DNA of 64,000 bases. Source: an uncultured Eubacteriales bacterium (lineage in GTDB: Bacteria > Acidobacteriota > Aminicenantia > Aminicenantales > Saccharicenantaceae). Positions 28,971 to 36,866 of the stretch are shown here, one piece after another. Within the stretch, counting starts at the first letter, position 1. Every line of letters begins with the position of its first letter. Both the position numbers and the translations under genes were made by a program. The stretch lies in assembly GCA_964458655.1 (NCBI GenBank), contig CAYWJT010000002.1, positions 13,299 through 77,298 on the forward strand. Direction: 5' to 3'. The notes beneath the pieces are model-generated. The model ran no database searches. It saw only the letters and a list, made by a program, of their open reading frames with translations, and was not told the DNA's origin.

Positions 28971-31247
28971 ATGGCCAAAAGATCATCTATCAGCATGACG
29001 GCAGCCGTTTTCGCGGCCCTGGTCTTTTGCGCGGCCTTGGCCGGCCAGGAGAAGGCCGCCGATCCCAGCCGTCTGACCCTGGAAAGGATCTTCGCGTCCC
29101 GGGAGTTCGCTCCCGAGCGCTTCGGGCCGGCCCGCTGGATGAGCGACGGGTCCTCCTACACGACACTCGAGCCCAGCGCCGAAGTCAACGGCGGCCGCGA
29201 CCTTGTCCTCTACCGGGCCGAGACCGGCCGGCGGCAGGTGCTTGTCTCCGCGGCCAAGCTCATCCCGCCCGGATCGAAGGAGCCGCTCGCCATAGAGAAC
29301 TACGCCTGGTCGCCGGACGGCAAGGTCCTCATCGTTTTCACCAACTCCCAACGCGTCTGGCGCCAGAACACGCGGGGGGATTTCTGGACTTACGAGCTCG
29401 CCTCGGGCCGTCTTCGACAGCTCGGGGCGGGCTTCGAGCCCTCGAGCCTGATGTTCGCCAAGCTCTCGCCGGACGGTCTCAAGGCCGCCTACGTCTTCAG
29501 GAACAATATCTACGTCGAGGACCTGGCCTCCGGCCGAACGACCCAACTGACCTTCGACGGGTCCGAGGACATAATCAACGGAACTTCCGACTGGGTAAAC
29601 GAGGAGGAATTCTCCATCCGGGACGGGTTCCGCTGGTCCCCTGACAGCCGCTCCATCGCCTTCTGGCAGTTCAACACGCGCAACGTTCCGGTCTTCACGA
29701 TGATCAACAACACCGATACGCTCTATCCCAAGGTGACGACCTTCAAGCACCCCAAGCCCGGCCAGACCAATTCGGCCGTCCGTGTCGGCGTCGTCCCGGC
29801 CGGCGGAGGAGCGCCCGTGTGGATCAGGACGCCCGGCGACCCGCGCAACACCTATATCGCGCGGCTCGAATGGGCCGGGAACTCGCGCGAGGTCGTCCTC
29901 CAACACCTCAACCGCCTGCAGAACACGCTCACCGTTTTTCTCGGTGACGCGGCCACAGGGGAGGTCCGGAGCGTCTTCACCGACCGCGACGAGGCCTGGG
30001 TGGAGATCATGGAGGAATTCGTCTGGCTCGACGGCGGCCGGAGCCTTCTCTGGCTGAGCGAGCGCGACGGCTGGCAGCACGCCTATCGGGTGTCGCGTGA
30101 CGGCCGCGACATCCAGCTTCTGACGCCCGGCGACTACGACGTCCTCAGCGTCGACGCGGTGGACGAACGGGGCGGCTGGCTCTACGTCACGGCTTCGCCG
30201 GCGGACCCCACGAAGCGGTTCCTCTACCGAGTCCGCATGGACGGCAAGAGCGCCCCCGCGCTCGTCGGGCCGGCCGGCCAGACCGGCGTCCACCGGTACG
30301 ACATCTCACCCTCGGCCCAGTGGGCCTTCCACACCTTTTCCAGCCTCGACTCGCCGCCCGTGACCGAGCTCGTCCGGCTGCCTGACGGTCGGAGCGTCCG
30401 GACGCTGGCCGCCAACACGGAGCTCAAGGCCAAGGTCAACGGCCTGGCGAGGAAGCGGGTCGAGTTCTTCAAGCTCGATATCGGCGACGGCGTCCTGGTG
30501 GACGGCTGGCGGATCCTGCCGCCCGATTTCGATCCGGCCGGCAAGTACCCGCTCTTCGTCTATGTCTACGGCGAGCCAGCCGGCCAGACCGTCCAGGACA
30601 ACTGGGGTGGCAGCGGCTATCTCTGGCATCTCATGCTGGCCCAGCAGGGCTACGTCGTCGCGAGCTTCGACAACCGCGGCACGCCGGCGCCGCGCGGCCG
30701 GGCCTGGCGCAAGAGCATCTATCGCCAGATCGGCATCCTGGCTTCGCGCGACCAGGCCGCGGCGGTCAAGGCGGCCTTGGCGGCGTGGCCGTTCATCGAC
30801 GCCGAGCGTGTCGGGGTCTGGGGCTGGAGCGGCGGAGGCTCGATGACGCTCAACGCCATGTTCCGCTATCCCGACCTCTACAAGACGGGCATCTCCGTGG
30901 CTTCGGTGCCGGATCAGCGCCTCTACGACACGATCTACCAGGAGCGTTACATGGGCCTGCCGGAAGACAACGCCGAAGGGTATGCGCAGGGCTCGCCCAT
31001 CACCTTCGCCAAGGACCTTAAGGGCCGCCTGCTCATCGTCCACGGCACCGGTGACGACAATGTCCACTATCAGGGGTTCGAGCGTCTGATCAACGAGCTC
31101 GTCGCCCACAACAAAGCGTTCGCCATGATGGCCTACCCGAACCGATCGCATAGCATCTCCGAAGGACGGGGCACGACGCTCCACCTCTATACGCTGTTCA
31201 CCCGGTTCCTCAACGAGAACCTGCCGCCGGGAAGCCGCGCGCGCTGA
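28971..31247 (+). CDS. Dipeptidyl-peptidase IV-like S9 serine peptidase
   Basis: The ATG at 28971 (MAKRSSISMTAAVFAALVFCAALAGQE signal). N-terminal DPP IV beta-propeller region. C-terminal alpha/beta hydrolase with nucleophile motif GWSGGGSMTL and HGTGDDNVHY. Confidence 0.85.
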   Translation: MAKRSSISMTAAVFAALVFCAALAGQEKAADPSRLTLERIFASREFAPERFGPARWMSDGSSYTTLEPSAEVNGGRDLVLYRAETGRRQVLVSAAKLIPPGSKEPLAIENYAWSPDGKVLIVFTNSQRVWRQNTRGDFWTYELASGRLRQLGAGFEPSSLMFAKLSPDGLKAAYVFRNNIYVEDLASGRTTQLTFDGSEDIINGTSDWVNEEEFSIRDGFRWSPDSRSIAFWQFNTRNVPVFTMINNTDTLYPKVTTFKHPKPGQTNSAVRVGVVPAGGGAPVWIRTPGDPRNTYIARLEWAGNSREVVLQHLNRLQNTLTVFLGDAATGEVRSVFTDRDEAWVEIMEEFVWLDGGRSLLWLSERDGWQHAYRVSRDGRDIQLLTPGDYDVLSVDAVDERGGWLYVTASPADPTKRFLYRVRMDGKSAPALVGPAGQTGVHRYDISPSAQWAFHTFSSLDSPPVTELVRLPDGRSVRTLAANTELKAKVNGLARKRVEFFKLDIGDGVLVDGWRILPPDFDPAGKYPLFVYVYGEPAGQTVQDNWGGSGYLWHLMLAQQGYVVASFDNRGTPAPRGRAWRKSIYRQIGILASRDQAAAVKAALAAWPFIDAERVGVWGWSGGGSMTLNAMFRYPDLYKTGISVASVPDQRLYDTIYQERYMGLPEDNAEGYAQGSPITFAKDLKGRLLIVHGTGDDNVHYQGFERLINELVAHNKAFAMMAYPNRSHSISEGRGTTLHLYTLFTRFLNENLPPGSRAR

Positions 31248-31267
31248 GGAGGGGCGGGAGACGCGGA

Positions 31268-32482
31268 TCATGTCCCTTCATAAACGCCGTACTCCATCAG
31301 GGTTTCCCACCAGGCGATGATATTCTCCGGCGGGACGCCGGCCTGGATCACATGGATCGGCGCGAATACGTACCCTCCGCCAGGGGCCAGATCCTCGATG
31401 CGACGGCGCGTTTCGTCGCGGACCTGCTGGGGCGTTCCGAACGGCAACACAGATTGTGTATCACAACTGCCGCCCCAGATGGTCAGGTCGGCCCCGAACG
31501 CCCGCTTGAAACGTTTCGTATCGTCCATCCCCTTGCAGTTTACCTGCCAGGGGTTGAGGATGTCCACGCCGGCCTCGATCAAGAGTGGGATGAAATCCCA
31601 GATCGCTCCGTCGCAGTGGAAGAAGATGAAGATCTCGGTCCGGGCCCGGCTCTTGAGGAACTGGAACAGCCGGCGATGGTACGGCCAGATCAGGTCCTTG
31701 TACATCGCCACGGAAACCAGCGGCCCGGTTTGGGTGCCAAGATCGTCGGCGGTCGAGAGGACCAGCGTGTGCTCATCTAGCAGGTCGAGCACCCGGCCCC
31801 AATAAGCCGTCGTGATCTCGAGCTCTTTGGACATGATCGCGTGGACCATCGCAGGGTCCGTGACCATGTCTATGAAGAACTGCTCATATCCCCGCATCCA
31901 CATGGCGTGTTCCCACATGCCCGCGTGCATCCGCTCGACGACCACGCCGCGGCGCTCTTGCTTGACCACGTGGTCGACGCGCCGCTTGAGACCCTCGTAG
32001 CGGGCCGGATCGAGCGCGTCGGGCCAGGCATAGCGCTCTACGTCCCGCGCGGTCCGGCAGCCCGCCAGAGGGCTGAGGTAGAGGTCATAGTAATGCCCCC
32101 CGTTCCTGGGCATCTGCCAGCCCATCCCGAACTCGTCGATCAATCGATAGTGGTCGCCGACCAGGCCGAGGTCCCGAGCCGGACCGGCGTGGGCCGGAGC
32201 GTTCGGTCGGACGCTCTTCACGTCCACGCGAAGACGATCGCGCACGTCGTCTCCCGTGTCGGCCATCTGCGTGACCCGATCGAGAACTTGGGCTTCGCCG
32301 GGCAGGCCGAGCGCCTGGCGCAAGGCCGTGAGGGCGCGGACGTTGATGCCGGTGACCATCGAGCCGCCGAGGTCAAACGGGACCCGGTCCGGCTCGCGAT
32401 GGTGCAGGGCCGTGACCAGGCGCTGGTAGCTCGTCCATTCCCGCGCGCCGGAGTCCCGCCGCCGGAGTCCGTTGGCCGTCAT
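31268..32482 (-). CDS. Uroporphyrinogen-decarboxylase (URO-D) family protein
   Basis: URO-D-like N-terminus (YQRLVTALHHREPDRVPFDLGGSMVTGINV) and a TIM-barrel length of about 400 aa. Last gene of a minus-strand operon. Confidence 0.55.
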   Translation of the reverse strand: MTANGLRRRDSGAREWTSYQRLVTALHHREPDRVPFDLGGSMVTGINVRALTALRQALGLPGEAQVLDRVTQMADTGDDVRDRLRVDVKSVRPNAPAHAGPARDLGLVGDHYRLIDEFGMGWQMPRNGGHYYDLYLSPLAGCRTARDVERYAWPDALDPARYEGLKRRVDHVVKQERRGVVVERMHAGMWEHAMWMRGYEQFFIDMVTDPAMVHAIMSKELEITTAYWGRVLDLLDEHTLVLSTADDLGTQTGPLVSVAMYKDLIWPYHRRLFQFLKSRARTEIFIFFHCDGAIWDFIPLLIEAGVDILNPWQVNCKGMDDTKRFKRAFGADLTIWGGSCDTQSVLPFGTPQQVRDETRRRIEDLAPGGGYVFAPIHVIQAGVPPENIIAWWETLMEYGVYEGT

Positions 32483-32548
32483 GCTCGAATCTCCTTCCTG
32501 CCTTGCGGCGAACGCTCGCAGACACCGCCTGTGGTCGGCGGAGTCCTC

Positions 32549-35326
32549 TCAATAGATCTCATATTTCAGCGGCTGGAAAGACCGTTGCCTGACCCAGATG
32601 ACCATCGTCTGCGTGCCGTCGGTGTCTCGGATGATCCCCTGCCTGAAATCAGGTCCGGGAACCTGGACCTGGCCGTCGATCTTCAGGCGGACGGGAGACG
32701 AACCGCCCCAGCCGCGTATGACAAAGCAAGGGTTCAAAACGGGGTTCTTTTCGGAGCCGTTCAGCCCGAAAGACAGTCGCTCCCCCTCACGGGTCAGCAG
32801 GAAGGCCTTCTGTCTCGGGTCGAAGCCGGTGCTTCTGCCGCCGTGCAGGTCGACGACCGCCGGGGGGAGATTCCAGGAGCGGTTCAGCGCCGCAAGGTCG
32901 GCGGCCGGAAGATCCGTCAGCCCATAGATGTTATAGGCCTCCATACGGCCGTCATCCAGAAGATGGTGCCGTCCGTTCAGCGTGCCCAGGCACGAACTGC
33001 TTGTCCGGTCCCTCCCGGTCGCTACGGTGCCGTCGCTCGGCAGCAGGCCGACGGGATAATGGCTCCAGGCGTTGTAACTTGAGAACCCCGGGGCGAGCCT
33101 CATCGATTCCCACTGGCTGTAAGGGACCCAGAACGAACCGGTCTGGCCGATATTGAAATGCTTGTACTTGGACCTGAGATTCAAATAGACGAGGTTCTTC
33201 TCGCCGGGGATGGGCGCGCCCTTCCGGACCGTCCGACCCGAGGAGTAGTCCCAGTTCTCGGTCTGCCCGTCCATGTTGGCGATGGTGATCGATTCGGGGA
33301 AGACATTGTCCTCTGGTCGGGTCCCCGGCTGATTGAGCAGCTCGTTCTGCTGGGACTGCGTGTCGGGGTATTCGGCCATTCGGCCGCTCACCTGATAGCG
33401 GACGGACACGGCATCGGGATATATATACCAATACTCATCCGTCCAGAGCCCCCAGCCGTCCGCGTCCGGCCAGAGCCACTCGTATCCGATGCTTACGCTC
33501 GCGTTGCGCCAATGCACGACGACCCGGGCGTCGGTGTTCTCGATGAGGCGGACATGGGAGTACCGGCAAATCTTGTCCGACATGTGCTCGTAGCACTGAT
33601 CGGTGTAATTCTCCGGGCCTTGATCGTTGACCCAGATGCCCTTCGGGCCCGGCTCCGTGACCAGGCTGGGGAGGTAGTTGGTCCCGCGCCAGAACAGGAA
33701 CCGGTTGGGCCTGTCATCGAACGATACGACGATGTCGGCATGGTCTCCCACTCGCCACAGGCCGTCCCATTCCGGACTGAATTGGAGTTTCGTATATTCC
33801 GCCCCGAAGCCCTTGGTGTTCACCTGCCCGGCGGGCAAAACCCAATGGCTCAGGGGGGTTGAGATGTCGGGTTTGAACGACTGATAGTCCGAGCGTATCG
33901 CCGACTCGTCCAGCGCCCGGTCGAAGACGCGCACTTCATCAATGAGCCCGCTGAAGACCATGTTAGAGAGGAACGACTTGGTTATTTCTCGTTCGCACGC
34001 CCAGGGATAGCTCTTTTCGTGAGCCATGCCGATGAAGAGGTCCAGGTCCGGCGCATCCTGGACAGCCCCTTTCGCGGATCCGGAAGCCGCCAGGGCTCCG
34101 TCCAAGTAGATCGCAAAGCCCTTCGCTTTTCGATACGTCGCAGTCACGAACGTCCATCTTAGAAGGTCAACAGCCTTGCTCGTCGTCAGCCCCTCCCACC
34201 GGCCGTCAAGGCCGGCTTCGATGGAGATCCGGCCCAAATGATCCAGGCCCAGGCGATATCCGGCGCGTTTGCCCCGGATATGGTCAATGATGCCCGACGA
34301 GTTCCGGGGATCTTTGAAATACATCCATTCGGCATCCGAAGTCATCATGCGGCTATGGTCAACGATGCCCGACCAGTTCCAGGAATACTCCTGAGGGGCG
34401 ATCCAGGCCTCGATGGTGAAATCGCCGCGGATGTTCGGGAGTTCCCGAGAGGGCACGGTCACTCGGTTGGTGTAGCCGTCGAACGACAGACAAGTCCCGG
34501 AAACGCCTCTTCTCCAATAGCTGTCCACCCCGCCGATGCGGCACTTCGACCCCTTGACGCTCTCCGTCGTGAAGTCGTCCTGGGCGGAAAGCCCCTCATC
34601 GAACCGCATCCACAGCGCAGGGGACTCGACTCCTCCTTCGACGACTGGCGCTCCCGGGACGCCGTCGCCGGGCCGGCGCTGCAGCCGCGCCGGGGTGGTG
34701 CTCTGCACCTTTATCCCGGATGAGGTCAGTTCGAGGATCTGCGTCGTCTTGTTCAAAGGGTCGTTCCAATCGTCAAGCCGGTAGCAACCCTTCTTCACTT
34801 CCCGCGTTATCCGCCCATCGGCGGTGATCGTGAAGTACTCCTCGGCGTAATCGGCGAAGTAGCTGCCGATATCGCCGCTATAGGTCCTTTGGAAGTCGGT
34901 GAAGTGCGGGCCGTCCAGGTCCGGGGCATACCTCCAGTGAACGACGACCCTGTCGGGCGAACTCTCGATCAGGCGGACATAGGAACACTTGTTGATCTTA
35001 TCGGGCCGCTCCGGAGGTCCGTCGCCGGCTGCCGGCAGAATGCGGTCCACGAAATACTTCGTCCCCGACGGCTGCCAGTAAGGCAGGTAGCCGAATTCAC
35101 GGCAGAACACGAATCGGCCTTTCGTGCCGAACTTGACGACGAGGTCGGCATATTTGCCCGTATTGTTATGATCGTCATAGTCCAACCGCGTGTAATAGGC
35201 GAAGAAATCCGACGGCTTGGAGGGGGCGCAAAAGGCCATGACCAGCGCCAGGACGGCTGTCCCGCATGAAGACAGAATGCGAACAACCAAAGCGCCGCTA
35301 GAAGCGAGGTTTCGGGCCCGTTCCAT
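32549..35326 (-). CDS. Large secreted LamG-like domain protein of unknown function, paralog family member B (925 aa) with an internally duplicated module
   Basis: The ATG at 35326 is preceded by AAGGAG; signal peptide. LamG-type IDEVRVFDRALDESAIRSDYQSF. The module ...C.Y.RLIE...RVVVHWR.A... occurs twice (CSYVRLIESSPDRVVVHWRYAPDL and CRYSHVRLIENTDARVVVHWRNASV). The C-terminal approximately 110 aa are homologous to 13805-15859 and to the small ORF at 47822. Confidence 0.6.
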   Translation of the reverse strand: MERARNLASSGALVVRILSSCGTAVLALVMAFCAPSKPSDFFAYYTRLDYDDHNNTGKYADLVVKFGTKGRFVFCREFGYLPYWQPSGTKYFVDRILPAAGDGPPERPDKINKCSYVRLIESSPDRVVVHWRYAPDLDGPHFTDFQRTYSGDIGSYFADYAEEYFTITADGRITREVKKGCYRLDDWNDPLNKTTQILELTSSGIKVQSTTPARLQRRPGDGVPGAPVVEGGVESPALWMRFDEGLSAQDDFTTESVKGSKCRIGGVDSYWRRGVSGTCLSFDGYTNRVTVPSRELPNIRGDFTIEAWIAPQEYSWNWSGIVDHSRMMTSDAEWMYFKDPRNSSGIIDHIRGKRAGYRLGLDHLGRISIEAGLDGRWEGLTTSKAVDLLRWTFVTATYRKAKGFAIYLDGALAASGSAKGAVQDAPDLDLFIGMAHEKSYPWACEREITKSFLSNMVFSGLIDEVRVFDRALDESAIRSDYQSFKPDISTPLSHWVLPAGQVNTKGFGAEYTKLQFSPEWDGLWRVGDHADIVVSFDDRPNRFLFWRGTNYLPSLVTEPGPKGIWVNDQGPENYTDQCYEHMSDKICRYSHVRLIENTDARVVVHWRNASVSIGYEWLWPDADGWGLWTDEYWYIYPDAVSVRYQVSGRMAEYPDTQSQQNELLNQPGTRPEDNVFPESITIANMDGQTENWDYSSGRTVRKGAPIPGEKNLVYLNLRSKYKHFNIGQTGSFWVPYSQWESMRLAPGFSSYNAWSHYPVGLLPSDGTVATGRDRTSSSCLGTLNGRHHLLDDGRMEAYNIYGLTDLPAADLAALNRSWNLPPAVVDLHGGRSTGFDPRQKAFLLTREGERLSFGLNGSEKNPVLNPCFVIRGWGGSSPVRLKIDGQVQVPGPDFRQGIIRDTDGTQTMVIWVRQRSFQPLKYEIY

Positions 35327-35354
35327 GGCTTATCAATCTCCTTCCCGACGAGAG

Positions 35355-36860
35355 TTAACCCGCCCTGGCAGGGACGCTGTCCCGTGTTCCGTGAGCTTTG
35401 ATCCTTGTTTGATCGTCCAGAAGCTCCTTGATCTTCCGGCCGCAGCGCTCCCGCAGCTCGGCCAGCACGCGGGCGCAGCCGGGATCCTCGGCCAGGTTCA
35501 TTTTCTCGTCCGGGTCGTTGGCCAGGTCGAAAAGCTCCACGTACTCCGGGTGGTCCGGATATTGGATGTATTTCCAGCGCTCGGTCCGGACGCACTCGCT
35601 TCTCGGGATCTCCGGATGGTCCCAGAGCTCTTCGCAGAAGATCTCGGCCCGCCAGGACGGGTTCCTGCGCCCCAGAAGAGGTCTCAGGCCGCGGCCCTGA
35701 ACCTGCGGCGGGACGGAAATCCCGGCCAGTTCCATGATGGTGGGCGCGAGGTCTATGTTCAGGGCCATCTCCCGCCGGACCAAGCCCCGACCAGCCCGCG
35801 GCGCCCGCGGGTCATAGACGACGAGCGGGACCCTGATCGACGGTTCGTACATCAGCCATTTATCGGCGTAGCCGCGCTCGCCCAGAAAACACCCGTTGTC
35901 CGAGGTGTAGATGATGACCGTGTTCCCGTCCAGCCCGAGGCGGGCAAGCTCGTTTAGGATCCGTCCGAGGACCAGGTCGATGCCGCTTATCATCCGATAA
36001 TAACCCTTGACCATCGCCTGGTACTTGTCCGGGGTGTCGAACCGCCAGCCCCAGCGCGTCCGGTTCATCGTGTTCTTCAAAAAGTCCGGCTGGGCGTCGT
36101 AATATTCCGGCGCCGCCATTTCGGGGACGGGGATGACGACATCCCGATAGAGGCCGTCCACGGCCGGCGGCCAGAAATACTGCTTGGGATTGTCGTCGTC
36201 GGCGTGCGGCGCCCAAGGGCACCAGAGCAGGCAGAAGGGCCGCCCCGGCTCGACGCGGCGGAGGAAATCGATGACCCAATCGCCTTCGACCTCGGTCAAG
36301 TGGCGCTCGACACCGTTCACCGTCTGAATGTAGGGCAAGCCGTCGAGGTGGGTGAAATCGAACATATCGCCCAAGACGTCCTTGTCCACTGCGACGCCGA
36401 ACTTGCCGACAATCCCCGTCCGATAGCCGGCCTGCCGGAGGCGGACCGGGAAGCTGATGTCCGTGAAGGCCCTGCCCAAGGGGGGCTTGGTGAAGGTATA
36501 GGTATGCGTTCGTTCGTAAGTCCCGGTCAGGATGCTGGCCCGGCTGGCGGCGCAAATCGGAGTGGTGACGAAGGCCCGCTCGAACCGAATCCCCTCGCCG
36601 GCTAGCCGGTCGACGTTCGGCGTCTGGATGATCGGATTGCCGGCGCAACCGAGCGCGTCGAAGCGTTGATCGTCGGTCAGGATGAAAAGGACGTTCGGGC
36701 GGGCCGCCGGCCCCCTGCCGACGCGACAACCGCCGCCGAGGACCAGGGCCCCCAGGCCCGCGGCTGTAGAGCCGAGGAACGCCCGCCGCGTGAGCCTGGG
36801 CGTGACCGGCGTCCTGGCGCCTGTCAGACTCGGATCCATGGGGACAGCCTGTTTAGCCAT
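35355..36860 (-). CDS. Formylglycine-dependent sulfatase, Tat-secreted, with a non-canonical C-A-A-S-R FGly motif
   Basis: Tat signal TRRAFLGSTAAGLGALVLGGG. ILTDDQRFDALG metal-site motif. The signature is TPICAASRASILTGTY, where the usual proline of C-x-P-x-R is an alanine. Confidence 0.85.
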   Translation of the reverse strand: MAKQAVPMDPSLTGARTPVTPRLTRRAFLGSTAAGLGALVLGGGCRVGRGPAARPNVLFILTDDQRFDALGCAGNPIIQTPNVDRLAGEGIRFERAFVTTPICAASRASILTGTYERTHTYTFTKPPLGRAFTDISFPVRLRQAGYRTGIVGKFGVAVDKDVLGDMFDFTHLDGLPYIQTVNGVERHLTEVEGDWVIDFLRRVEPGRPFCLLWCPWAPHADDDNPKQYFWPPAVDGLYRDVVIPVPEMAAPEYYDAQPDFLKNTMNRTRWGWRFDTPDKYQAMVKGYYRMISGIDLVLGRILNELARLGLDGNTVIIYTSDNGCFLGERGYADKWLMYEPSIRVPLVVYDPRAPRAGRGLVRREMALNIDLAPTIMELAGISVPPQVQGRGLRPLLGRRNPSWRAEIFCEELWDHPEIPRSECVRTERWKYIQYPDHPEYVELFDLANDPDEKMNLAEDPGCARVLAELRERCGRKIKELLDDQTRIKAHGTRDSVPARAG

Positions 36861-36866
36861 GGGACC

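Noticed and set aside
28983-30293. 436-aa minus-strand ORF (and 30306-31271)
   Set aside because: Antisense to the S9 peptidase gene.
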